From positions 30,814,001-30,878,000 of the forward strand of contig OZ024749.1 of the NCBI GenBank assembly GCA_964016885.1: a DNA stretch of 64,000 nucleotides, written 5' to 3'. The stretch comes from Eledone cirrhosa. Taxonomy: Eukaryota. Shown piece after piece: positions 1 through 14,560 of the stretch. The position numbers and the translations under genes are program-made. The notes under the pieces are model-generated. The model saw nothing but the letters and a program-made list of their open reading frames with translations, searched no databases and was not told the origin of the DNA. How positions within the stretch are numbered: the first letter of the stretch is position 1; each line of letters starts with the position of its first letter.

Positions 1-217
1 AGAAATTATTAAGGCGAAAGACCAAGACCGCATCACCAGACTCAAGCGATTTGACGTGCCTGTCTGTATTTAGATCCCGTGTAAAACCAGGGGTAACCAC
101 AGTTAAAAAGAATATTCGATATATTAGTTGAATGTAAATAATTATTTAATATATTCCAGATGATTTCATATGAAACAATTCTAGTGCTGTAGAAGCTATT
201 TCCATATTAAATAATGA

Positions 218-415
218 TTTCTTATATAGGCACAAGGCCAGCAACTTGAGGGGGGGGGGGAGACTCGATTAAATTGACCCCATTGTGTGACTGGTACTTT
301 ATTTTATCGATCCCGTAAGGAGGAAAGGCAAAGTTAACGTCGGTGGGATTTGAACACAGATCATAAACGGCCGTAACTCTATGCTCCAAAGCATGACGTT
401 TCATGGCCAATCAAC
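218..415 (-). mobile_element. tRNA-derived SINE family 1 (octopus-type), copy
   Basis: Reverse complement carries a B-box-like GTTCAAATCCC followed by the family body AACTTTGCCTT..CCTTACGGG.TCGATAAAATAAAGTACCAGT..GCTGGCCTTGTGCC, which is found about 11 times in the window. Confidence 0.8.
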
Positions 416-424
416 TACCCTTAA

Positions 425-630
425 TGATTTCTAATATAGGCACAAGGCCAGTAATTTGGGGATGAGGGGAAAGTCGATTAAATCTACCCCAGTGCATTAC
501 TGGTGCTTTATTTTATCAAGCCCGTTAGGATGAAAGACAAAGTTAAACTCGGCGGGATTTGAACTCAGACCATAAAGGGGCGTAACTCTATTCTGGAAAG
601 CATGGCTTCCGACCCTCTACCGATACCGCG
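425..630 (-). mobile_element. tRNA-derived SINE family 1, tandem second copy
   Basis: Same body; head rc GGTATCGGTAGAGGGTCGG..GAGTTCAAATCCCGCC (A/B boxes). Confidence 0.8.
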
Positions 631-1154
631 GATATATATTTATATTTATATGCGTATACATAAATATTCAGGTGAACTGGCTTGATTGTAAGTGTGTTTG
701 GCTGTGTATCACTTATACCTCCTTACTATCACCTTCTTACTGGCTATCAGCGTTTGGGTACATATGATATTTATATATGTGAATATATATTAGCTAGCTC
801 TGTGTCTGTCTGTTTAGTGTCAGCTAAAATAAATGTGAAAGTTTAATTCCTTCACCGCCATCATATACCGAATGGAACATTAAGCAATTTACAATATTAA
901 TCTAAAATCTACCATTTTCAGCTATAAAGCCGTCACTATGTATATTTGCTACATTAAATCGACATTTTATGCTATTATGTCCAGCTTTATACTACAACAT
1001 TACCCATCCTCTCACAGTAAGTTATATCAATAGAATGGATCACTCAGTACATAATATTCTGCAATATTTGCAGTAGCAATGGTAAATACGTCTGTGTGGT
1101 TCTGATACAGGCCGTAAATTAGTGATTGAATGTTTATGTATTTTCATAGGATCA

Positions 1155-1187
<33 letters not shown>

Positions 1188-1604
1188 ATGCGTGTGTGTG
1201 TGTGTGTTTGTGTGTTTGTGTTTGTTTGTATGTGTCTGTATTTTTGTTGGTCAGTTTATTTGTTTGTTAGTGTGCCCGTGTGTGTTTATGTGCGTTTATT
1301 TGATTGTGTTTGCCAGTGTTTATGTTGTGTGTCTCTGTATGTGTTTATACATGTGTGGGTATGTCAGTTTATGATAGTCTCTGTGCGAGAGACTATCATA
1401 TTAATATATGTTTCTGATAAAAGTTTTAGTATTTCAATGTATTGAAGTTAAGCAAGCGTGCTGAAGAAGTTTTTTTAATTTTTTTCAGAAGCCCCGGTAT
1501 TTCGAGTTCAGTCATACAATGAGTCCCCTTTGGCGAAAGTATCAAGTATCCAAACCTAACGTATCTTCTGATTTTGCAATATGTTCTGAGTGTTAGTATA
1601 TATA

Positions 1605-1672
<68 letters not shown>

Positions 1673-1747
1673 TGAAGGCCTCCAAAAGCAACGGTCACCT
1701 TTTTGAAAGGGTACGTCAATATCTAGTTGTAAAACTGTTATATATTG

Positions 1748-1812
1748 TATTTTGTCTGAGGAAGGCATACCATGATTTAACTTGGTATCCTTGAAATATA
1801 TATAATGAAATA
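1748..1812 (+). ncRNA. Type I hammerhead ribozyme, family C
   Basis: TATTTTGT-CTGAGGA-AGGcATACC..GGTATCCTT-GAAA-TATATA-TA-ATGAAATA; stem I pairs with G-U; palindromic minimal stem III. Confidence 0.75.
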
Positions 1813-2060
1813 AATATGGTTTTATAAATGTAGTTTCCATTTATTAATATTGTATATATATATATATTTTTTTTTCTTTCTTTTCTATCTTTTTCTCTCT
1901 CTCCTTCTTTTTCTTTCTCTCTAACCCAACGACTTATTTTAAAATATCCAATACTAATAATAATATAAGTAAACAACTCCACTATCCGGGAACTTCCAAC
2001 AGTAATGGTTGCATTTTTTAAGGGTATGTCAATATTTATTTATGAAACTTTTCTATATTG

Positions 2061-2125
2061 TATTTTGTCTGATGAAAGCACACCAGAATTTAACTTGGTG
2101 TCCTTGAAATATGTATAATAAAATA
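2061..2125 (+). ncRNA. Type I hammerhead ribozyme, family C (tandem pLTR copy)
   Basis: CTGATGA..GAAA TATGTA TA; stem II CACC/GGTG is a compensatory change relative to TACC/GGTA in the 1748 copy. Confidence 0.75.
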
Positions 2126-2252
2126 AATATGGTTTTATAAATATAGTTTCCATTTGTTAATATCGTATGTTTACTCCAAATATTTGTTGAGTGCTTTATA
2201 TCAGTTATAAAAATATTTGCTTGTTGTATCCCAACAATTTAAATAGAACTTT

Positions 2253-2293
<41 letters not shown>

Positions 2294-2598
2294 CTTTTCG
2301 ATCGACTTTCGTCAAATCGGACCGAGGGAACACGTTTCCGTTGGTCTTTCCAATTGCTAATACTATCTATCGGTCTCAACTCCAGGTAGAAGGAGCAATG
2401 TGAAATAAAGTGTTTTGCTCAAGGACATAACGCATCGCCTGGTCCAGGAATCGAACCGACAAGCTAACGATTGCGAATATATATATGTATATATATATAT
2501 ATATATACATATACATCTCTCTCTCTCCTCCTCCATCCGCCCTCTCTCTCTCTATCTCCATCCCTCTCGCTCTCCTTCTCTCTCCCTCTCTCTCTCCC

Positions 2599-2707
<109 letters not shown>

Positions 2708-2760
2708 GTCTATATATATATATATAGACATGTATATATATATACAATATATATATATAG

Positions 2761-4506
2761 TTTAGGTTCTTTTTGTTTACCACCATTATTATCATCATTA
2801 TTATCATTAGTTTTTGACAACTCTTTATTCTAGCTCTCATAATCTTTTGGCTACTATACCATATCTATCTTATTACGCATTAAATTTTCACTATTAACAC
2901 CTTATGAGTATATATCTGATTATATATTTTACATTATTTTATTTTATTTTATTTTATTTGGATTCTTTATTGGATAACCCCCCCCCCCCCATGCGCACAT
3001 AAACTTATTGTCAACCCCTTCACATAGATTATGGTTATATTTAACCCCCCCCCCTCTTTTACGCTCCTTTTCTATTATTTAATATAGTATATTGACTATA
3101 ATGTTATGCTCCTTTGTATCCTCCATACATTTCTTTTTTTCTGTCCCTATTAGCCTACCATAATTCTGCTTAAGTCAGTTTTTTAGATATCGTTATGTAA
3201 ATGATAGTAGAAAATTTCATCCCTTTATATATATATTTGTAACGAAATATTAACGTCTATATATTTTGATTACTTAAACCATAGCAAATATTGTATTGCC
3301 TTATTAGATATTTTAAATATTTTTAATATTAATTTATCAAATAGGGTGTTCGAGTCATTTACCGGGGTTGTTTCCTAAGTTTTCACTTAACCGCATGTGA
3401 GACCTAACTATATACTTTTGTTCTTGTTTTTTAATTTCTGGTTGATTCTATTTATTTATTTATTTATTTATTAATACTACTGTGCATTCTATTTACTGTC
3501 TGGCCCTTACTCACTCATTCACATATATGTCTGTTTACCAACCTTGTAATTATAAGTAATTATATATTATATTATGTTAATTATTTTATATTGTATTTGT
3601 TATTGTACTATCGATCCTTATTACTTACCGTTGATTATATATAACATTATGATATGCTAAATTTTATATATCATGTAAGATGTTTATATTTTTGTACCAT
3701 CATAATTTTGGGCATTGTACAATTTATATTTTTTCTCACCTACTCTGTAACTCTATATGAATTGATTTGTTAACTTGCATGCCATTATATATTATATATT
3801 ATATATGTTATTATATTATTATTATAGTATTATTGTGACATCTATATTGTTTGTGTAAATTAACCGGAGATTATCTATTATTATATTATATTATATGGTA
3901 TATAATTGTATAGTTTATTATATATTATATGTGCTACTTATAATCATATAATATTATTACCTCATGTATATTAGATATATGTATTATTACTATTATTATT
4001 ATTTTTATTCCTATCATGCTTATTTATATTTAAACTCTTAATAAGGTTTAATTTGTGCTGTTAAAGATGGATATGTGTATTGATGTATGTGTATGTGTGC
4101 GTACGTGTGCGTACATATATACATATATATATTGTACCTCTTGATTTTTATTGTAATTTTAATATTGTTACAAGTATATTATATTTATATATTATATAGT
4201 ATTATATATAATTCCCGCTCTATATAACCACCTTTGTTTAGCTCTAGTTTTTTTTTTGCTTTGGACTATATTTGTAATATGGTTCTAAATGTTATACACC
4301 TCCTTAGTGATTTTTATTATATATTTTTACCCATAATCTTGCAATACTTTAGTGTATGTACACTCCATATTCTTCGGAGTTTTCGGCTTGTATAGGCCGA
4401 TAATACTTCTTGTTGTTTTAATTGCCCTGATGAGTCCTTAATAGGACGAAACATTGTTGGCTAATAAAGACTTTTGATGTATTGAAGGCTTCTTTGTTTT
4501 ACTTTC

Positions 4507-4510
<4 letters not shown>
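2761..4510 (+). mobile_element. Non-coding ~1.75 kb T-rich insert ending in a hammerhead (probable PLE 3' UTR/pLTR remnant)
   Basis: Bounded on both sides by (TA)n; strong strand bias; no ORF; HHR and AATAAA at the 3' end. Confidence 0.5.
4424..4461 (+). ncRNA. Minimal type I hammerhead ribozyme, canonical core
   Basis: GCC-CTGATGA-GTCCT-TAAT-AGGAC-GAAA-CATTG-TT-GGC; perfect core and 5-bp stem II. Confidence 0.85.
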
Positions 4511-4591
<81 letters not shown>

Positions 4592-4679
4592 TGTATATAT
4601 TTTGAGTCACCAGTTTAGATCAGTTGCACAAATGTTCAGCTTAGTACTTGATATTTGAGAAAGAAGTATGTATAGTAAA

Positions 4680-4770
4680 TAATTGTTTCTACTTTAGGCA
4701 CAAGGCCAGCAATATCCCAGTGCATTACTGGTACTTTATTTTATCGACCCCGTAAGGATGAAAGGCAAAG
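4680..4770 (-). mobile_element. SINE family 1, 3' fragment
   Basis: TTTCTACTTTAGGCACAAGGCCAGC..GGTACTTTATTTTATCGACCCCGTAAGGATGAAAGGCAAAG. Confidence 0.75.
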
Positions 4771-4996
4771 AGTGCCAGTCGGCAATCAGTAATGTTATCG
4801 ATTACAGGTGATGCTATTGATATGAACATTGTAGGTTAAAGGAGAGTGTAAATATTAAATTTGATACGATGACGATTCAATTTAAAATGCATTTACATAA
4901 TATCAACCTACACACACAAACACACAGGCGACACAAACAAACACACACACACATTGAGTGTGTGTATATATATATATATGTGTGTGTGTATATACA

Positions 4997-5076
<80 letters not shown>

Positions 5077-5080
<4 letters not shown>

Positions 5081-5265
5081 CTCTGTGAGCTTCAGCGATC
5101 TGAGGTCTGCTCTCACCAACTCCACCCATGTTTTTGATGGTCTTCCTTCTACTGGCATTTCTTGGCACTTCTTTACCCAGCGGTTATCCTCCATGTGCAT
5201 CATATGTCCATACCATCGCAGTCTTCTCTCCCGCACACTACAACTTATCCCTCTTATACACAGTT
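5077..5265 (-). pseudogene. RTE-like LINE RT C-terminal fragment in (TA)n
   Basis: Translation [33 protein letters not shown] matches the conserved RTE-type C-terminal motifs. Confidence 0.75.
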
Positions 5266-5266
5266 T

Positions 5267-5346
<80 letters not shown>

Positions 5347-5347
5347 T

Positions 5348-5810
<463 letters not shown>

Positions 5811-5897
5811 GGCCTGCCCGCCCAGCTAGTGGGATGGCGTCATCGTATGGCTTGTCACAGCACGTGCTGTGACCAGCGGCGCCGAATGGCGGTCAAG

Positions 5898-5934
<37 letters not shown>

Positions 5935-6122
5935 TGGGAGACTTCTTGCAGAGTTCTAAGATGCGGAGAGGATATCCAGGTACGAATTAGATATGTCGCG
6001 TAAGAACTAAAATATAGTTCAAGATAATCAATCCTAACACAGGAATAAAATAACATAAAGTCTTATTCGTTTCATGCTTATTGGAAAAAAGTAAAATCTC
6101 TGCGTTCGACTTGTTTATCTTG

Positions 6123-6164
<42 letters not shown>

Positions 6165-6175
<11 letters not shown>

Positions 6176-6700
6176 AAGAATCAAAGAACTGTTCAAAACA
6201 TTTTTGTGCTTACAACTGTTTCCTCCAAACCGAGGTTTGGATTCTCCGGAACAATTTATTAATGAATGAACAGTTATATGACCTCCTTTTCACCCAAGAG
6301 ACATACAGATACATATGCAAATATTGTGGGTCAACATTCATTACAGCATTTAGAGTGGCAGTACACACTTAGAGATTACATTCATATTAAAAGGTACAAT
6401 TAAAAATACAGGTTAAAATACAACATGAAAATAAGCGGTTATATAGTACAAATGTTATATGTGTGGCAAGCACGTCCGTCTTGTTTATATAGTGTGGCAG
6501 AGAGTTACGTGTAGTAGAAGTACTTAGGTAGGTAAAAAAGAGTGTTAGGTTGGTTGATCCGGTTTGGAGGAAACAGTTGTAAGCACAAAAATGTTTTGAA
6601 CAGTTCTTTGATTATTATATTTCATATAACTGCTCTGTAAATCATCTGATGTTTTTACATTGAGCTACTTAACTTACTGGTAATAAGGTAGTAATATATT
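6165..6700. mobile_element. PLE pLTR-like fragment with ~65-bp inverted arms and a degenerate hammerhead
   Basis: 6165-6233 is the reverse complement of 6559-6627; minus-strand CCGGAGA-TCCAAACC/GGTTTGGA-GAAA-CAGTTG-TA; bulged stem at 6632-6665. Confidence 0.5.
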
Positions 6701-7841
6701 ACTGCCTACCACTATTTAGGGTTTGTATAAAAAAATATATATAACTGCAAAAGGTTTTTGTATTTACATAACCATAAATAGTATAATTAATACTATATAT
6801 ATATATTTGTATATAGTTCTTTCACACACATATATATTTTCTTAACACACACAAATATTTATATATATTATATATATATATATATTTGTGTGTGTGTGTG
6901 TTAAGAAAAGGTGGAGGAAAGAAGAGTGTTTTATATATAGTACAGAGCTATTTAATTACATAATAAACATCACCATATAATTATTCCATTACCACAGATT
7001 TCGGGAGGCTAGACGATCCTTACAGAAACGTCCACCTCGTTCAACGGATGATGACTATATAACTGGTGATCAGAAAACTAGTGATCAATTGTGTGGTCAC
7101 TAAGTGTACTAGAACTAGCAGCCAAGTAACTCAGAAATCCGTTATTTCCGTTTGAAAGCAAGAGAACCACAATGACGTCATTACACATGCTACACATAGG
7201 CACATATCCCACAAATATCTCATTCCGATGTTCATACGATGCGAACTACTTAACATGCGAATGGTCGCAAACAGGCACTGTAAAAACACGGTTTTATTTA
7301 GAGGGTGTGACGCTACTCATATGTGAGGAATTGAGCCGAAATCCCGTAGTTCCCAAGAGAACTACTGAACCACACAATCTTCCCAGCGCATAAAGGCAGA
7401 CACACATCATATCCTTTAACAAGTCCCTCGTTATCTAGAAAATGAAACGATACTCAAAGAACAAGAAAAAAAAAATACGCCTATCCACATTGAATATATT
7501 TTCAATGATCTGAGACACACTTCACCTACAATTGTTTCATGTCTGGACACAATTAGATTGTGCTGATGTGAATCAAAATCGATGAAAATCCAATAGAACT
7601 TACAGTTAAATTACCTATTGTCAGCACCAGTTACAAAGGGAGAACATCATGAGAATGAGACAAGACTCAAGATCACCCAGATAACAACAACACGATAGAA
7701 TGAAAGAAACTATAGATACAATTTACATATTCGTCTGACCTTCTTTACTTGCCTATATGTATATATATATATATATATATACACGCTTATATATATGTAT
7801 TTATACATATGTATATGTATGTATGCAAGTGTATATATATA

Positions 7842-7875
<34 letters not shown>

Positions 7876-8264
7876 TACATATACACACATGTGTTAGACC
7901 ATAATAAACTGCTACAATTACTATTACAAACATCGAGACACGTAGATTTAAAAGCAATCTACACAGATTTTCTTAAGATTTTAAAAGAAGGAAAGACAAA
8001 AGAAAAAAAAAACGCCGAAGACAAGCCAATTTGATTTCGATGTTGATTGCCGAAATACGTACTTATACTAAATAATATAATAGTAAAGAATCATAGAAGG
8101 GAGTGACACTAGCTACAAATGAAGAGTATTTCGTCTTTCGGAGTTGCTAAGGATATCTAGCTGTGTTTCGTTAAGTATGGAAACCTTTTAATTGTTTGCG
8201 ATACTCAATCAAGAAACAAGATGACAAGTAATGTATTTGGAATTATGTGTGAGGTAAGGTTGGA

Positions 8265-8620
8265 GATAGGTGTAGTGAGTGAGAGAGGTTGGGAGATAAG
8301 TTTAATAATTGAGAGATGGTGGGAGATAAAGGTAAGTAGTGCGAAATGATGGGAGATAGATTTAATGAGTGGGGAATGGTGGGAGATAGATTTAATAAGC
8401 GGGGAATGGTGCGAGATGGTGGGAGATAGGTTTAATGTGTTAGAGATGGTTGGAGATAATTTTAAACAAAGTAGGATGGTAGGAGATATGATTAAGGAGT
8501 GAGAGATGGGGCATATGGCTTAATGTAAGAGGTATGGTGAGGAATAGGTTTAAGGAATGATGGATGGTTGATTATAGGTTTAATGAATGAGATTTAGTGG
8601 GAAATATGTGTAATGGGATA
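8265..8620 (+). repeat. Degenerate ~30-bp minisatellite (GAGATGGTGGGAGATAGGTTTAATGAGT-like)
   Basis: About 11 diverged units visible. Confidence 0.65.
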
Positions 8621-8990
8621 TAGTAACAGAGATGTTGAAAGAGTTATTCGTGGTGGGAGTTATACTTAACTTCACATTCAAGATTGAGAAAGATACATTA
8701 TATAATATAGGTTAGTTCTTATTATATAACAATAGTGGCGTCTGAGAAAAACTGGTCGATATGAGAAAGTATATGTTTAACACGCAACCAATTGTGTGAC
8801 AAGGAGCTCAAAACTTACCGCTTTACTTTGAAGAGATTTTGATGAAAGTCGGTATAAAAAGTAGAGGATGTTGAGGATAATAGAATAAATGTGACAGCAG
8901 CTATTGTGAATACCTTACAGTATTTTTTCTTTATTCAATTTAGTTTTTTATGTTTACAGACACACAAAGAGAGAGAGAGAGAGAAAGAGA

Positions 8991-9036
<46 letters not shown>

Positions 9037-9128
9037 GAGAGAGAGAATGAGAAAGAGAGAGAAACTGAGAGAGAGCGAGAGAGAGAGAGAGAAGGAAACA
9101 CACACGGCGGAGGACGTATATATATATG

Positions 9129-9162
<34 letters not shown>

Positions 9163-9270
9163 ATAAACTTAACGAAGATCGCTGGTATTAATTCACCGTC
9201 CTCCGCCGTGTGTGTTTCTCTCTCTCGCTCTCTCTCATTTTCTATCTCTCTCTCTCTCTCTCTCTCTCTG

Positions 9271-9366
<96 letters not shown>

Positions 9367-9526
9367 GTGGTAGAACATTGGAAGGTAATATCCGTAGTGG
9401 TAGAGCACTCAGTCCATGGGACGAGTTAGGTAGAAGTGGTTACACAACAGTTAGTTCACCACAGCTGAGGATCCGCTAAGGTGACACAGTTATTCTGGGT
9501 ATGGTGAACTAACTGTTGTGTTACCA

Positions 9527-9583
<57 letters not shown>

Positions 9584-9670
9584 AAACTATATATGAAACC
9601 GAACCTTCGTCTTTTAAGCGCTGAGAATATACAAGCACGCACACACACACACGCACACACATATATATAA

Positions 9671-9717
<47 letters not shown>

Positions 9718-9931
9718 TTTGTATATGTATAATAAAACCAAAACACTGCAAGTATGGACATTGAATAAAGAATGCAAATGCAAAAGATATTGTTGACAAT
9801 TAGTCTTTAAACTTAGATTTATTTAAATGTCCTTAATTTTCGAGATAATATCTCTTCTTCGGAGGGAAGTAAAGCGGTTAAACCAGTGTTCTAAATAGCT
9901 TGCCAAGTCATGCTGACAGGAAACGGTATAT

Positions 9932-10052
<121 letters not shown>

Positions 10053-10690
10053 TATAAGCAAAAATGATGGTGTGCCCACGCGCAGAAAATGCCAGAAGGT
10101 TGCTTATAAAATAGAGTGAAGACCGTTAAAAGACGGAAAAAGAAGTTGTTATTCGCAGTCGCACGTATAGAACATAGCGTGAGTCGTACTACAAGTGTAT
10201 ATGGTAATATATACACCTAAAATATATACATTTATGTAAATTCTGTGGTAAAAATCCAATAAGAATAAAAACAAGTCTTACTGAATCTATCATTTTCCAT
10301 ATTTGTGTGTGTGTGAATGCTTCTGTGTAAACCGTCCATGACGCATTCACCTTATTTTCCTATAATTTGCCTTGTTCTACTCTACATGTTCTCTGTAATT
10401 CCTCCATGGTTTTGAACCTCTCCCGTCATCGTATATATGAATGACAACGTATCTAATTGCCTCTACGTGATTAAATAAGGAAAAATCACTTCCATCATCA
10501 ACACCATCATTACCATCTTCATCACCAATATTATAATCATCATCATCATCATCATCATCAATATTATTAATATTGATATTATATGTAGTAGCAGTAGTAG
10601 TAGTAGTAGTAGTAGTGATGGTGGTGGTGGTGATGGTGGTGGTGGTGTTGGTGGTGGTGGTGATAATAGTAAAATTATTATTATTGTTAA

Positions 10691-10792
10691 TAATTGTTTC
10701 TACTTTTGGCACAAGGCCAGTAATTATCCCAGTGTATAAACGGTACTTTATTTTATCGACTCCGTAAGGATGAAAGGCAAAGTTAACATCGG
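10691..10792 (-). mobile_element. SINE family 1, 3' fragment
   Basis: Family body sequence adjacent to a TTA/GGT repeat. Confidence 0.75.
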
Positions 10793-11121
10793 ACAAGAAT
10801 AATGCCAACGAAATATATGCCCTGCCGGCTTCTAATCATACTTTTTCATTAATTTTAACTGGAGAGCTCCACTTAAATATTACTTCATATTAGGACTAAA
10901 AATACATTTGTATATATAAAACTAATTCATGTTCGATAGGTGTTGTGATTTTAGTGAATTTATGTGCATGTGTGTGTGTATGCCTGTGTGTGCGTGCGTC
11001 TATATATGTATTTCAAAAGCACTATACATATTTATTTCAATAGTCCAGCTTCATCATCGGAATATGACGAAAGACCAGGCGATTTCATCAGGTGTTAATT
11101 GCAGAATTAGTTATATGAATG

Positions 11122-11196
<75 letters not shown>

Positions 11197-11530
11197 TATA
11201 TATATATATATATATCATAATAAATTCTTAATACATTAGCAGATGAAAGGTAAATTCCATAATCATTATCACCTTTTACCGAATTTAATCAATTCATTTC
11301 CCTGAGTTCCAGTCTATTGACGCGAAATAATATGTTATAAATAGAAGTGTCTCTAATATAACTTTTTAAGTTTTATAACGGAATTATTTACACTTAAGGT
11401 GGATATACCTATTAACGTACACATACACGTGGTCTTTGCAATAGCCAATCAGTGTAGTGATAAGATATGTGATTATCAATAAAACTTTAGAATAATTACG
11501 CATCAGATTCATGTAAACCATTCACCTCTA

Positions 11531-11574
<44 letters not shown>

Positions 11575-11578
<4 letters not shown>

Positions 11579-11833
11579 TCAGCTCAAAAGTGACACAGAG
11601 GAGACTGAGGTTAGCTGGACATGCTCACCGACATCCAGAGTTGACATTGCACTCAGTGCTCCTTTGGGAGCCCCTACATGGACACACTAGAAGGGGAAGA
11701 CCAAGGTTAACGTATGTTGATGCCCTAAGGACAGACACTGATCTGTTGGAGACGCAGGACATGGCAGCGATAATGAGGGACAGAGACCGCTGGAGAGAAC
11801 TCATCCATGGATCTCGGGAATTTTACCCGCCTT

Positions 11834-11835
<2 letters not shown>
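11575..11835 (+). pseudogene. RTE-like LINE 3' fragment in (TA)n
   Basis: QRRLRLAGHAHRH..LLWEP..RRGRPRLTYVD.L..D..DRDRWR; stop codon abuts (TA)n. Confidence 0.75.
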
Positions 11836-11893
<58 letters not shown>

Positions 11894-12119
11894 TTAAATG
11901 AGACAATTATAAAGAAGAAAAGATGTTTATGCCGACTGTTTTCAGATATGTCGCTTTGATTGTTATGGGAAAGCTGCTATAGTGTAAGTTAAAGAGACGA
12001 GAACAAAAATAGACTAGACTACAGTAATATATATATATAAAACAACAGGAACTTTATATTTCATGATATTTCGGGGTTCGGAATAATTTTCATGATGTCC
12101 AGAACAAGTACTATTATCG

Positions 12120-12310
12120 TCTTCCACTTCGTGTTCTTCATCGTCATCATCATCATCATTGTCAACATCTACATCAGCATCATCATCATCAACATCATCA
12201 TCATCATTAGCATGATCATGATCATCGTCAACACCACCATCATTATTACTACCATCATCATCAACATCACCATCGTTATCACCACCATCATCATCGCCAT
12301 CATCATCATC

Positions 12311-12401
<91 letters not shown>

Positions 12402-12777
12402 TCATCATCATCAACGTCGTCATCACCATCTGCAGCAGAGAATACTGAAACCATACAAGTGCCGTACCCGCTCTCTTAGAGCTAATATAGCCATCATCAC
12501 CATGGTCACCGACATCATCACAATTTCCAAGACCATCATCGTCATCATCACCACCAACACCTTCACCACCACCATCATCATCACCACCATCACCACCACC
12601 GCAGCCGCCACCATCGCCATAGCCATTATCACCAATATCACCACCACCATCATCACTATCACCGAAATCACAACTACCCTCATCACATTGGTCATATCTA
12701 TCACTCACTATCATCATCATCATCATCATTATCACTAAAATCATCACTATCACCACTATCCTCACCATAATCACCAC

Positions 12778-12815
<38 letters not shown>

Positions 12816-12826
12816 CCACCACCATT
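12120..12826 (+). repeat. Compound (CAT/CAC/CGT)n trinucleotide array
   Basis: Direct reading; source of the spurious poly-D/M/I ORFs. Confidence 0.9.
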
Positions 12827-14063
12827 ACATTGATAAAATTACACACACATATATATATATATATTTATATATATATATATATATGTATATGGGGGTGAGT
12901 TTGAGTGTGTGTATGTGTGTATATACATATATGCATAGAAACACACATATTTATATACAATAAATACATAGTTACATGGACACATACATACATGCATACA
13001 TAAATACATACACACATACATGCTTACATACATAGACACATACATACATAGACACATACATACATTCATACATACATATATACATACATTCATACATACA
13101 TAATTACATACATAATTACATACACACACATACATATATACATACACGCATACATACACATATGCATACATACATACGTACATACATACATATGGCGACC
13201 GTTGTGGTCAGTGTCCGATAATCGGACGTGTGTAATTACGGCTTACATGAAGGCAGCATACCATATATTGGAAAAAGTTGAGCTACATTACGCGGTAATG
13301 ATTACATACAATAATTCTACATAAGTGTTTGAACTGTGTGTTGTAAAACACCTATTTATATGAACGATACATACACTTATGATATATGAACGATACATAC
13401 ACTTTAACATATACATGCAACGTTGTTATATTACATTTATAAAGAAATATACAAGTAACGTTTTCGATTCAGAAACAAAAATATAAGTGTTTGAACTGTC
13501 AATATGTTGTGAATAGGTTGTAGAACACCTATTTATATGAACGATACATAAACTTTAACATATAAATACAGCGTTGTTATATTATATTACATTCATAAAG
13601 GAATATACTAAGTAACGGTTCTTTTTGTTCTCGATTCAAACGATTCAAGAACAACGTTTAAAACACAGTTGTAGAATTAAAAACTAACTGAAAAGAAATA
13701 TTACCCAAGCTGTAAATAACTTTAAATTTGATTCTGACAGAACTTTGTCGTAAATTTTAAAGAAGATCATCGACTATTTTGAAAAATAAATACGAAATAT
13801 TAGTGAATAGACGAACTCATCATGGCAATCGTTGTACACGTCTGTATACATATATGTATGTACGTATACATACATACTTACATTTAAGTAAGTGCCGTAC
13901 TAAGAGTGAGAAATGAAATTTTGTTTCATTATATTACAACTTATCGTTTTCGGTATGCCTGGCCGATTGAACTCACTCGATATGCAAATTAGGCTGCTCA
14001 GCCGTTAATTTTCATAAGGAAAGTATATACTTTCGAACGTTCAACTATCTGGCAGAAGGGTAT

Positions 14064-14106
14064 ACGGTGCTGATGATAGCTAACAAGCTTGAAACCAGTA
14101 CATCGT
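14064..14106 (+). ncRNA. Minimal type I hammerhead ribozyme (repeat unit 1)
   Basis: ACGGTG-CTGATGA-TAGCT-AACA-AGCTT-GAAA-CCAG-TA-CATCGT. Confidence 0.8.
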
Positions 14107-14517
14107 TCCTGTGTCAGTGTTGAACAAAAAAGGTGACGTGGTAGCCTTAACACCGTATGGCATAAATCAGGCTGTTCGCTTGTTTACAAACGGACAAAGC
14201 GGGCGTTATAATAAACGTTCGCTAAACTGATACGTACATATATATATGTGTACCTGTATGTATATATATATATATATATGCATGCTACTGTACGTCTGTA
14301 TACATATATGTATGTACGTATACATACATACTTACATTTAAGTAAGTGCCGTGCTAAGAGTGAGAAATGAAATTTCGTTTCATTATATTACAACTTATCG
14401 GTTTCGGTACGCCTGGCCGACTGAACTCACTCGATATGCAAATTAGGCTGCTCAGCCGTTAATTTTCATAAGGAAAGTATATACTTTCGAACGTTCAACT
14501 ATCTGGCAGAAGGGTAT

Positions 14518-14560
14518 ACGGTGCTGATGATAGCTAACAAGCTTGAAACTACTACATCGT
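14518..14560 (+). ncRNA. Minimal type I hammerhead ribozyme (repeat unit 2, stem III mutated)
   Basis: Same as unit 1 but GAAA-CTAC-TA. Confidence 0.65.

Noticed and set aside
10110-10160. GTGAAGA-CCGT/ACGG-AAAA hammerhead-like motif
   Set aside because: Core mismatch and no clear stems I/III
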